Part shown: positions 39,648 to 52,436 of the stretch, piece after piece
Position numbering within the stretch: the first letter of the stretch is position 1
How the letters are laid out: every line of letters begins with the position of its first letter
NCBI GenBank assembly: GCA_020137815.1
Contig: CM035356.1
Span: 4,278,001 to 4,342,000, forward strand
Source: Hormiphora californensis
Lineage: Eukaryota; Animalia; Ctenophora
Length of the DNA: 64,000 nt
Direction: 5' to 3'
Position numbers and translations under genes: made by a program
Notes under the pieces: model-generated
Database searches by the model: none
Told to the model about the DNA's origin: nothing
The model's input: only the letters and a program-made list of their open reading frames with translations

Positions 39648-40208
39648 TTCGGACGAACTCTCAACTTGTGTACCTGTGCGGAGAAAGAGAGAAATCTTCA
39701 TGCTTGTCAAAGTGCACACATATACTGCACACTAAACTCTAAAAAACGAGAGAGAGAGAGAAAGGAGGACGATCTTTCTCTCTTCGTCATATATTGTTCT
39801 TTGATGTTACATATTGTACTGTCAGATCAAATGGCAGATACCTGATATTAATGTACACCTTTTCGGTTCGAACGCGAACGGTCTATATCACTTCTGGAGA
39901 CATAACGATTGCGTCCTATAGTTTGGTATGGCGGTGGTTTGAATTTGATGAAGTTTTGTTTTGTATAGTTACCAAGGCAACCCGGCATCTTCCCTTTCCC
40001 TACCAAACGTGCACTTGTCCTTAGCATCAGCTTCATTTAATAATACAATACCTTGTTATATCACGTGTGTGTGCATTGTGTTTTTGAGCCTAAAGAGTAT
40101 CGACTAGATGTATCGAGTTCCCAGCTGGGAGCTTCACCTTGGCCAATAAACTTGAGTACCGTTACGTAACAGAGCTGCATATTGTATGAAATGAATATTT
40201 CTCAGATA

Positions 40209-40369
<161 letters not shown>

Positions 40370-40962
40370 GCATCTAACTATAACGGCAATATACCATAAC
40401 CGCTAGCAACTGCTGCAGCTTTGCACAATCTACTGCACACATAAGTGTATGTGGATCTTTCCAACCTTGAATTGCAAGTTCTCAAGTGGTTCTGTGATAG
40501 TGTCATGAAGGATTTTAGAAAAGAGAAAGAAGGGGATAAAGAGAGGGTGTGAGAGAGAAAGAGAGTGACAGAGCGACTGAGCAAGAGTGAGTGAGGGAGA
40601 GACTCTATGGGTAGTTGTTATAGGATAGTTATTATAGGCTCGTAATGTAATATTGCTCGACCAGTACACACACTTGACCATGCTCATTAAACTACCTCTC
40701 CAGCCCCCCCCCCTTGTTATAGTGTGTAATTTGGTTGCTGTAGAGATAATATTTGAAGTTTGTTTTTGGTATTGGTTCTCCTAAAACTCATCGGATATAT
40801 AATATCTTCGGATCTCTTTTTTGTAATCCTCTACACATGCACCGAACGATCCAGATCTGTTTATCCTTCATATTGTGATTCCTCCATATTGTGATTCCTG
40901 CAGGATCTTCTCCATACAAAAGTACATGTTCTAGTTGTATCTCCTCTCTTTATTCCAGAGAT

Positions 40963-43575
40963 ATGGCAATGAAGAGTCTCTTTAAACGGAAAGTTACCTC
41001 CCTAATGCTTCAAGTGAGGCGAAACTCCCAATCGGGAATGTCCTCGAGCACTAACGCTGACGATGTGAGTTCATTAACACACTTATCAGTTATCATTAAC
41101 ATTTTGTTAACATTTCCTCATTCTCTGTATAGTGCTTTATGTTTACATACAACTTATCGAATCATGTCACTAAAATGCTTTTCTACCCTGACACTGAGAT
41201 TTCAGTGTAATCTTCAGTAATCACTCCATCCACTTTTTATTTACTTTCTTATTTTGTTTTGCATTTTCTAACTTCCAATATTATTATTACAATTATAGCA
41301 CCCACATTTTTGAAGTTCAGTCAAAATGCCGTTAAACCTTGGGGGCTTGTTCAAACAAAAAGTTAATCTTGTGCTCCAAAAAAACCGCGAGAAAACAAGC
41401 TCCAGAGGTTCGACCGTCTCCAAAGAGGTACATATATTATTGATTATCCTGCTACAACTTGTGATTCCTCCCACTGCATCGACTTGCTGTTATACGACAC
41501 AAGTTCACTCAGCACGTTCATCACAATTGCACAAAATTAAATCTCACTGATTGGTTAGTATAGCGAATCACGCTACCGGGTGACCGGTCACCGTGACCCG
41601 CTAGTCGCTACCCGGGTTTATTCTGTATGGCGGCGCCCATACCCCAATTTGATTCTCAGTGCGCTCAGATGGGGTCGGCGGCGCCAGACAGGGTTTATTG
41701 ATCGTATATTTAGAACGCGGTTCAATATTCTTTGTATGGCAAATGAAAACAAGTGGTTTTACCAAACAATTGTTTGGTAAAACCACTTGTTTTCATTTGT
41801 TTTCTGCTCTCGGTCCTGGATCAATTGAGCTCTCTCGTGTGAATCGACTACTCACATTGAATTATACTTTGTATGGTCGTACTGGAACCATGGCCGGGTG
41901 TGTAGTGTGAGAAAGAAAGAAGGAGAGGCTATATAACAGAAGACATGGAATACGTATGAATTTGCTCGTACTCATGGTCGATACCAGCCACACCATATCC
42001 CGGCACTGCATATCATACATACACTGCAAGTCACAGCACGGATAACTGTGCCACGTAAAGGAGAGTTAGAACCCCCTTAGAACCTACGGCTCTGCATATC
42101 ATACATATACATAGCTCTCTCGTGTGAATCGACTACTCACATTGGTATCATACATACACTGCAAGTCACAGCACGGGTAACTGTGCCACGTAAAGGAGAG
42201 TTAGAACCTACGGGTACTGAAATTTCGTAAGATCTAACCTCCTTCCGTTCAGCCCAGGAACCTATATGCCAAAACTAACACCCTCTCCTTCCTCCCCGCA
42301 GGAACCAAAAGGACCACAGATAGTCTACGAGAATACCTTTCCAGCTATCTCCCAAAGACTCCCAAAAGTTCCCCACCAAAAAAGCTGAGGACTATCATCA
42401 AAAATACATTCCTCACTCATCTGCTTGACTCAAAGTACAGCAGTGATAATTGCAAGAACCTGACCGCTCAGATCACGGAGACTGTAAAAACGCAGGTAGG
42501 GGATCATGTCACACAATGATGTCACAGAGCACACAATGACGTCACAGAGCACACAATGACGTCACAGAGCACACAATGACGTCACATGTCACACAATGAT
42601 GTCACAGAGCACACAATGACGTCACAGAGCATACAATGACGTCACAGAGCACACAATGACGTCACAGAGCACACAATGACGTCACATGTCACACAATGAC
42701 GTCACAAAGCACACAATGACGTCACAGAGCATACAATGACGTCACAGAGCACACAATGACGTCACAGAGCACACAATGACGTCACAGAGCACACAATGAC
42801 GTCACAGAGCACAATGACGTCACAGAGCACACAATGACGTCACAGAGCACACAATGACGTCACAGAGCACACAATGACGTCACAGAGCACACAATGACGT
42901 CACAGAGCACACAATGACGTCACAGGGCACACAATGACGTCACAGAGCACACAATGACGTCACAGAGCACACAATGACGTCACAGAGCACACAATGACGT
43001 CCTTTCAGGCCAATGCTCTGACCACAGTTCTCGTGTGCTCCGCGTGCAGAACAAATTTGAGAGAAACGAGAATGGGTCAGGCCAATGCTCTGACAGATGA
43101 CGTCACATGTCACTCGTTTTACTTCTCAGAGCGTCAGAGTACACAATGACGCTAGTTTTACCGAACAGTTGATTTCTCTCATAATGACATAATACGAAAG
43201 GTGATCTCGATCAATTTAATAAGTCCCCGGCCCACTATAATAACATCCCTTTCCCGCCAGGTAAAGGCAGAGCTGGGCAGTAATAACAGGTATAAGGTTG
43301 TGGTGTTGGTGATCATTGGATCTAACCAGGGCCAGGGAGCCAGGGTGGCCAGCCGGTGCTTATGGTACCCTCAATATGACAGGTAATTTGATTCTCATCA
43401 ATTTATGTAGCTGAAGACATACCGTGAAACAAAGTGTTCTCGAAAGCTCTCCTCCACTATCTTTCTCCCCTCCACTAACCCATTATATATTCCTCCCTGC
43501 AGGTTTGCCCAGTATGAGTACCACAATGAATCCCTCTTTGCTGTGGGAATTGTATACGGAGTCTACTACGAGTGA
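40963..43575 (+). CDS. Tctex1-domain dynein light chain (TCTEX1D/DYNLT family)
   Basis: Exons 42302-42495, 43261-43382 and 43503-43575 encode VYENTF-QLSP...KFP...RYKVVVLVIIGSNQGQGARVASRCLWYPQYDRFAQYEYHNESLFAVGIVYGVYYE*. Two +1 indels in the 42302 exon. Candidate first exons are 40963-41064 and 41326-41427. Confidence 0.85.
41740..41799. repeat. Perfect 60-bp palindrome
   Basis: CAAATGAAAACAAGTGGTTTTACCAAACAA|TTGTTTGGTAAAACCACTTGTTTTCATTTG. Confidence 0.9.
42508..43001. repeat. 20-bp intronic minisatellite, about 24 copies
   Basis: Unit CACACAATGACGTCACAGAG. Confidence 0.95.
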
Positions 43576-44160
43576 AAGGGGTATACAGCTGTCGTAGTAC
43601 ATTGTGTACATGTCATGTATACATGATGTATACATGATGTACAATGTTGAAAAGCTCTGGAGAGGTGGTCCACGCGAGGCCCAAAATAAGTGTGTGGCCT
43701 TTCAGAACAGTCCCAGATCTGCGTGAGAGAAATGGAGAGACTGCGTGAGAAGTGACTGAGGGTTGTTGTACATACTATTTAGAGCCGGGTTGTTTAAAGC
43801 AGGAAAGAGTGTTTCTCAGAAAAGTTGTGAATTTTTATCACACGTTTGTTCTGAAAAGTGTCTTTTGATTTTGTTTTGATACAGGAATCGGACGTTCCCG
43901 GGGCCTGAATATCGTATACAGATGTAGATTTGGAGCAGTTCGAAAATATCGCAATAATAGGAACGTCCGATTCCTTTTAGGGCGGCTAACAATACTCCAC
44001 AATTTGCCCAAACATGATGATGAAATTAAAAAAATAACAATTCAAATACAATATTTTACAATAAAACCTTGCCTAAACAAGCATATTCCAAGGCCAATAG
44101 ATAAGATACAATCACGTCCCAATGACGTGATAGTTGTGTCCTTCAATATACTACCAACAA

Positions 44161-47150
44161 CTATTCTACTTTTGGAAGGTACTTAAAAAGGACTTCTTCA
44201 ACAAAATCCCCGACACATTCCTCAATGTTCCTTTGTAATCGAGTCCAATTCAAATCTAACCCATCTTCATCATACCCCTCGTATCCGAACATGGCCGCAT
44301 CTGGTTTGAGGAAGAGTCGGGTGTACCGCTGTAGTAACACGGGAAGGGAATCCCATTCCGCACGGATCACTGCTGTTGTAGCCGCACCTGATTAGGAATA
44401 ACACGTAATTAGAGTATTGCAGGGCCCTTGATCCAGTACCTTCCACTAAGATATATTTACTGCGAGGTATTGAAGCATAAAATGTATTAAATCAGACGTT
44501 ACTAAGTACCTGGACTGGTGCTTTTAACACTAATCAAATCTTTGTAGGGTAGCCCAAACTTATCTCTCAGGAAATGGTAATCATCTGCCAAGTTCTCCAC
44601 TTTTCCTATGAAATCGTACCTGCAGTATGGGCTGTCGTCAGATTTTGTTCTGCTCAAGAACTTAGCGTCACAAGAATGGAGAACCCTTGGGACTATTTGA
44701 GTCGCCTGACACTGTGTCCGCGCTCCGCACGGAACTGACCACTTTTACTAAAACTGAGTTTTAGAATAGAAAATAAATTATGAACTTAATGCAATTCAAG
44801 TGGCTATGGTGTGCAGGGAGACAGCTGTATCGATCAAGTCGGACAAGGCAACCCTATAGAACTTACTTGATATTACAGTGTTCACAAAGTCCAAGGACAC
44901 TCAGAAAGTGGGTGTTACTGTACAAGGCATTCTGAAATGAGGAATTTTAGGAGTTTAGACAGACACTTTCGAAACAAATTCAGTTTGGAGTTTAGACAGC
45001 TATTTTCGAAACAAATTAATTTTGAGCTTAGGGGAGGTAACCTTCGAAAGGTAACCTCCATCCAAAATACTTTCCTATTTTCGAAATAACCTACCGCCTG
45101 ATGCATTAAATCAAGATCGTTAGTATACATCCCAATATCTTTTCTCGTCGTAAATAGGAGGAAAATCAACAAAAGTCCCAAGTTTAGAGGTGCACCAGCA
45201 TCACAAATTTCACTCAGCTGAACCTCTAAATAATCCATCAAACCGGGGTCTATAAAGTCTGGTCTGGCGATAGTGATATTTCGTAACACCATACATGCTG
45301 CCTTGCTCCTGTCTTCCCTGTACACCCTGAATTCATATTGACTTGTCGTGCCTGGGATGGAATCATGTGTTAATTAGTATACATAGTGTCCTCCACTCGG
45401 TATATAATAGGGTGGTAGGCCGGTAGAAAGTAAGTAGGTGTAAGTATAATTTCTCTCGGTTGGGCACCTGTGAATTTGTCTCTGTAAGCAGAGAGAAGGC
45501 GGGATAGGGGATCTCGAACTGTCGTAAACTTATAGTACGAGAAGAGTTCCAATCGTTCCTCGCGGAGAAAGTCCTCAGGTGGAATCTGAAAAAAAAAATC
45601 GCTAGGGTGGTTGGATACGTTGCTAGGGAGGTTGGATACGTTGCTAGGGTGATTGGATACGTTGCTAGGGAGGTTGGATACGTCGCTAGGGTGGTTGGAT
45701 ACGTTGCTAGGGAGGTTGGATACGTTGCTAGGGAGGTTGGATACGTTGCTAGGGAGGTTGGATACGTTGCTAGGAGGTTGGATACGTTGCTAGGGTGGTA
45801 GGATACGTTGCTAAGGTGGTTGGATACGTTGCTAGGATGGTTGGATACGTTGCTAAGGTGGTTGGTTACGTTGCTAAGGTGGTTGGATACGTTGCTAGGA
45901 TGGTTGGATACGTTGCTAAGGTGGTTGGATACGTTGCTAGGGAGGTTGGATACGTTGCTAAGGTGGTTGGATACGTTGCTAAGGTGGTTGGATACGTTGC
46001 TAGGATGGTTGGATACGTTGCTAAGGTGGTTGGTTACGTTGCTAGGGAGGTTGGATACGTTGCTAGGGTGGTTGGTTACGTTGCACTAGGGAGTTTGGAT
46101 ACGAATTGCTACTTATAACTGTTGCACTAACCCCTCGGCGACTAAGTGTTGCGTTTCCTAGCCAGTAGTGATCCCTGTGTGGGTACGCTAGGCTTGCCGC
46201 CTCTTCATCTGTTATAACTCCATTCAGTTGTAATATCTGGGTCTTCCAGTTGGATGTTCCTGTATTAATTGTTTAATTAATCAATTAATTAGTTAGGATA
46301 TAATTAATATGTCGTGATACGGTAAATAATATTATCTTTGTAATGGCTATGAATTCGGAAAAGAGATGAACATCTAGAAAAAGTTAGTTCATATAATTTC
46401 TCACCAGTTTTCCCGACTGCACAATACAGCATCCTATGCTTGAAGATTGGTAGTAATCTTTTTTTTACCGGATAACAACCCTCATAGGTACAGACTGGTA
46501 TCTCCTCGCCTCTCTCTTTGTACCCCTTACATGTCTCCCAGACCTTCTTTGCCAATGACTCTCCCTCCGAGGATCCAACTGGGTCGGGTTGTGATTCAAG
46601 CTGGGTATCTTCCTTGTTATTGCTCTCCAACTCTCCATGTTGTTGATCCTTTTGGATTGGCTGAGATTGCTGTGTTTCTTCTAAACTATCCTGTTGTCCT
46701 TCCTCTAAATGGTCCTGATGTATTTCATCTAAATGGCCCTGTTGTGTTTCCTCTTGCTGTGTTTCCTCCAGAGTTTCACCCATTGTGTTCTCGCCCAGCT
46801 GCAGGTTCCGGATTTGTTCTCCTGGACTGTTAGTTCCATCAGTTGATAGTACAGTGGACTCTGTTGTATATAGTGTGATGTGTTCTTCTGCAGTGGGGTC
46901 AGCCCGTACTTCCCCTGATACTGCAGCCTCTGAAATACAAGATATCGAGTCGAGCAAGAAGAACAATACAAATATATAGGACGCAAAACTGAACACACTG
47001 AAAATTGTAAAATAACAATGTATCTGAAACTAGTGTATCACCTGCAACTTCTGAAGAGGGCGTTGGAACATGGTAAAGCAGCAAAATAAAAACTGCCCCT
47101 GTCGTCAAGCACAGAACTGTTTTTCTAATCTTCCCAAACACTCGAAGCAT
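44161..47150 (-). CDS. Golgi type II carbohydrate sulfotransferase (CHST8-14/HNK-1ST, Sulfotransfer_2 family)
   Basis: Exons 47150-47042, 46929-46405, 46259-46132, 45585-(45468 or 45383), 45326-45095, 44931-44867, 44619-44510 and 44387-44161. Basic N-terminal tail plus TM anchor, acidic Q/E-rich stem, 5'-PSB YCAVGKTGTSNWK, 3'-PB KFTTVRDPLSRLLSAYRDKF, then LCEHCNIKYDFIGKVENL and DAAMFGY. Confidence 0.88.
45600..46084. repeat. 21-bp intronic minisatellite, about 23 copies
   Basis: Unit GTTGGATACGTTGCTAGGGWG with variants. Confidence 0.95.
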
Positions 47151-48328
47151 TTTTCAGTAGCTGTAGAGAGCTGTCAGCAGTTGCTGAGAACGGAGCAACG
47201 ACAAATTCACATGAGGTGCACCCAGCTAGAATTTAACGTTTTACATTCGTACACAGTTGTACAGTTGGAAGGGGGATGGATAGATGGTAACGTGATATGC
47301 GTGAAGTCCACTAGGGCTACAAATAGTTCACATTTAATGATGCCAGGTCATTGTTCGGTCTTGACTGTTGCGAAGATGATGTATTTAGGTAGGCACCTCC
47401 GACCCGAAGAAAACAGATAAACGAAATCAACAAAATAGAAGGAAAGATAAATAAAGTGGCATGGCAAAGTTCTCTATGATGTAACACATTATATGTGTAA
47501 CACATTAAATGTATTTGTTATACAAATTTTGTATAACAAATACTAAGCTGATAGGTATATCACGGCAACATGAAAGAACTGCAGCAGCTGCAGGGTAATA
47601 ATAACAAATTTCCTACAGATTGGGATTCACGGCAATACACAAAAACACATGCGGCAAATTTTGAATTGCTGCAGACGTCGTCCAGACGATTCCCGTCTAG
47701 ACGGGTTTTCCGTCTGGACGGCGTGTAGACGGAGTCAGACGGGATTCAGACGTGCCGTCCAAACGGCCATCTGAAACGGTCCGTACCCATTTAAACGCCG
47801 CCATACAGTTAAAACGGAGTTAGGACGGAATTGAACGAAATTAGACGGTGTTTGACGAAATCAGGACAGAACCTCAGAAATCAGACGGAACCCAAACCCG
47901 TCTCAAGCACGTCTGAACGTCACCAATAGAAATTCCGTCTCAAGCCCGGACGGAGCGAGTGAGGGCTTGGCAGAATATGGTCTCTAATTGGTACGGCTGG
48001 TTAGAGGCATGAGGAGGTGGGACAAATAAAAGCTTGTATCATCTGCACGTTTTTAGTGAGGCTAAGCCAAACCCCTCTTTGTGATAGGACCACCACTTTC
48101 TCTCTCCCTCTCAGCCTAGCTAGCTCCAGATAGATCTCTATTATAGAGATAGGGGACATGGGTAGAGAGATAAATAGAGCTCTGTTTCTCTCTACTCTGA
48201 GTACTCCTATCTTCTCCCTCAGAGAGAGAGAGAGAGGAGAGACGAGATCGAGAGAGCGCTCTCTTAGAGATAGAGAGAGAGAGAGAGGAGAGGTCTAGCC
48301 TCTTTCGATCGCTGTCTCTCTTCTCTCT

Positions 48329-48409
<81 letters not shown>

Positions 48410-48631
48410 TCTCTTTCTTTTCATCATCAGATCCAGAAAGATATGAATTATACCTTCCTGGATCTTGGAGAATGAGACTAACTGTTCATCACTGTTGATG
48501 GAAAGCAAAACAGCAACAATAGGTCTGTAATTCCCACTGGGTATCCCAGACTACTCCCCAGGGCCCAGACTACTAAATCAGGTCCTAACTGACTAACTCT
48601 TGTTTGATTCATGACTGATGATGATTCACAC

Positions 48632-49285
48632 TGTAGTATTCTGTGTAGTCACTGGCTGGTAATCGTATAGCGGACCCGGGATCGTACCTGGTTAGCCGCG
48701 GTGAGTGAATGTAGTCGTAGAAGGTTGTAGTAACCAGGGGGTGTCGAGGTGATAGTCGGGGAGGGTGTCTTTGTTGTGATGGATACGAACAAAGTAAAGA
48801 AACAAGTAGGTTCGGGGTTGTTAACTAGTTTTAAACCAAACAATAGTTTCAGAATATATAGAAGTGAGAGGTTGGGGTTTGGCCAATGCCTTTTATACAA
48901 TACTTGGCGTCTCGTGAGTTTTCGTCACGCCTTTATTACTCAGGGTGATCTGACCATCCCGTGGTAAGCTGGGATGGACAGTTCAGATATCGTGTATGTG
49001 TGCTTTTTCACAACCTCTCTCTATATCTTGGTCAGGTTATCTGTCGCCAGTTCAACAGGCGTGAGACAATCTGGCACAAGACATGAATTGTTCAATTAAC
49101 ACACGTCACTTCATATCTTTTTCGTTCAAGAGATACTATCTCAGGGAACTGGCATGTGTTCTCAACAGGGGGCCGGATTTACTTTATATCACCGACCTGC
49201 TATTAAAAACACAATATATCTCAGACAACATCCTGCACACAGACAGATATGATGAGATGCACATATATGTACTATATATAGTACA
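48632..49285 (-). repeat. 3' LTR (654 bp)
   Basis: Matches 61528-62168 apart from one substitution I spotted (GTGAGAC/GTGATAC) and a 13-bp indel. Confidence 0.95.
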
Positions 49286-49303
49286 ACTCACCCCCACTTT
49301 TTT
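49286..49303 (-). other. Polypurine-tract-like sequence
   Basis: Minus strand AAAAAAGTGGGGGTGAGT lies immediately before the TG of the 3' LTR. Confidence 0.7.
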
Positions 49304-49736
49304 GCAAACTGTGCAAACTGTGCAAACTGTGCAAACTGTGCAAACTGTGCAAAACTGTTCTATGTAGAATACGGACCCCATTTCTGGAAAACATTTAAAA
49401 TTTTGTTTTATGTTTTTCTATTTGGTTTTTTTTTTTTTTATGAATTATACTCTTTTTTCTTCTTTTCTCGCAATCACACACACTTTTCACTCTGCAGGGT
49501 TCTCTTCCCCTGTTAATTAATAAGAGTAACAACTTCTAGAATTCCGTTACTCATGGTGCTTGTTATCATGTGCACCTCTTGCTGCCTACTCTGTTACTTC
49601 TAACTGGCAAACGACCGAATCTAGTAAACAGCTTATTCGCTCGCCATTTAGGCCTCGTAACTGGTTTTCAGCCAATTAGGGAGCAATATTTTTTGATTAG
49701 GTCGGTTTCTGTCACTAGCTATTAAATTAACTTTTA

Positions 49737-50461
49737 CTAAAAACAGACTCTTAGTGCAGTCAAGAGTTCTGGTACAGGCTTTGTGTACCGTTCAAAGTCC
49801 TGTATTTCCCTGTTCCTCTTCGTTAAATTATCGTCTCTCCTCGGGGTCTGGTGGTTAGTGTGTTGTCCAGTTTCCGGATTGGCTGCTGTCTGTTCCTCTG
49901 GGGTAGTGTTTAATTGTTGTCCTTGTTGCCTTCTAAATTTAGACACCACCGTTCGCAGGTCGCTCTGCAGTGCTAAGATGAGGTCTCTTTTTATTTCGTC
50001 CTTCCACTCTTGTACTGTGTCTGGCTGGAGATTCCCATTTATTGTTGTTGCTGCAGCTGTGATGCTAGTGCGAGTACTGCTTTTGTTAACTTGCTTCGCC
50101 TTGGTAGTCGCTGCGTTGACCTCTGTCTGCAAATCTGGAACGTTTCTATTGCCTTCTCTGTGTTTAGCTCCCCGTAAACAACTTCCGAAATTCCTTTTCT
50201 CCAAGTTCGGTGTATTTTTCGGGTTTTAGTAAGGAGTTGGTTTACCAGTCTGGTTTCCTGAGGAGTTTCCCTTCTGACGAGGTAGTCGTCCATAGGAGTT
50301 GACCTCTTGGCTACCTGTTGTGTATACTGATAGCTGGACTCCAGGTCGTTCTCCACAATCTTCGTCAGTACCCGGTTGATGTGTGCTTCCGATTCGGGCC
50401 ATTGACAATCATGACAAGTTAACACAAATGTTGCCACGTAGTTTGTTCGTGTGTTCTCCAT
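49737..50461 (-). CDS. Unknown ~240-aa LTR-element ORF in the env position, split by one frameshift near 50220
   Basis: Overlapping ORFs 50039-50461 (ATG start) and 49737-50204 cover a GC-richer island in AT-rich DNA; no motif recognised. Confidence 0.45.
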
Positions 50462-52250
50462 GTTTTACTCGTTCTAGAAGAGGAGAGGGAGCATGATTTT
50501 ATCGTCTCCATGCAGTGGACAGGGCATGGTTTTATAGTCCCCATGCAGCGGACAGGGCATGGTTTTATAGTCCCCATGCGTCGGACAGAGCATGGTTTTA
50601 TAGTCCCCATGCGTCGGACGGGTCATGTGATTGTATAATCAGATGACGAGTGTATAATCAGATGACGAGGTTCCCCGATGATTCGTAGTGTTCTTTTCGA
50701 TGTGTTCCGGACAGGGTTGCCAGCCAGAATTACAACACGACAAATTAATTAATTAATTTACTGTTCACATGACTTCGTATCATTATGTCGGTCTGTCATA
50801 CGATCTCAGATTCTCACTTTGTTATGGTGATGGAAACTAGTGTCAATTGAGTTACTAACTTATTTTTTGATATTTAGTGATAATTTTAGGATTTTAGGAT
50901 TTGTGGTGTTGTGTTATTGCATGGTGTATTTGAAAAGTTTGATGAAATACTAAGATGACTCAATGCTAGTTGAGTTGGGAGGTTCGTGATATTAGTTCAA
51001 AATTAGGCTGAAGTTTGATTGTGAAACCTCAAAATTATTTTAAATTCGTTGATCTCGACAGCGGTTGAATTAATAAATGTAATTTTATTGCATTTAATTG
51101 AGCGCTTGTTTTTCTTAATATCTTTGTTGGGTCGTGCCGCGTTACCAAGTTGTGTTATGTAGGTTAATTAGTAGGTTAAATAACTTTATTTTTCATGTGT
51201 AGTTAATGCTATTAAAGATTAAACAAGTCCATGCGTGCGGTATTCTGTCGGTATATCCTGTGCCTATGTTAATTGTCATGATTTTGTATAATCAAAGCCA
51301 AGTTCTTGTGCCAATTTTTTGGGCGGTATTTACGAATATTTGCAAGGGATTTAGTATTTTATGTTAATGCTAGGTGTGTAAGTCAGCTGTAAGCAGTATA
51401 GGCCGAATCGGGCAGTATAATAGTGGGCCTTGGTGCATCAATGTTTTTATTGGACTGCGTGGTATAGTTCAAAATGTGCGATATTAGTGGGTTACGACGT
51501 CTAGTGAAAGTTATAGCTACCGAAAAATTTATTCGAGAATTAGCAGAGCGTTGCTTGTTGTATATTACAAATGTTAATAAGTTAATTTTTTTATTTCATC
51601 CCGGGTGGCCGTGGGGTGCTCTCGACCCATAATGCAGTGTGATTACGTAATAGTTTAATTGCAGGGCATTGTGATATGTACCAACGTTGGATTTTATATT
51701 TGATAATTAAAAGTGTGATAATTAAAAGTATGTATTTTTCAACATTGTTGCCAGTGATAGTAATAAATAAGTGATTGAGTACGGTACCATGATTTATAAT
51801 TAGGGTATTCATAGCCAGAGTGATCAGTTCCAACGAGAATTCCCATCATGGTAAAAATAAAACGGGCTGGCCAGCCAAAGTTTCCGGACTCAAATCTTAA
51901 GTGTTCAGCGCTGAAGTGCCTCGAGGTTATAAAGGTACATCGATAATAATTGCAAACATTATTAATTGTAAATAATTGTAAATAGTATTAATTGTAAATA
52001 GTATTGATTGTAAATAGTATTGATTGTAAATAGTATTGATTGTAATAGATTGCCCTGTGTCCAGTGTTCCAGTGTGATGCCCAGTGCGTGCGTGCGAAGT
52101 GTGCACAGCTTCCGGAAGCGTCCCCCAGTGTGGTGCCCTCAGTGGTGAATTAGTATTATTTATTAAGTATAATTAAGTAGATAATAATCAAGTTTATGAT
52201 AGTTAATTGTGTAATAATTAAGTGTATAATAATCAAGAGTATATAGTAAT

Positions 52251-52368
52251 ATTATGCCAAAAACTAAATGAAATTAGTTGGCTGGAAAGGTGACCACTTT
52301 TGTTGTCAAACTGACAACTTTGCCGTCTCCGGGTTTTTTTTCATCATCATATCCCTCTCTGATCACTA

Positions 52369-52436
<68 letters not shown>

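Noticed and set aside
48649-49367. ORFs duplicated at 61545-62164
   Set aside because: They lie within the LTRs; the duplication reflects LTR identity.
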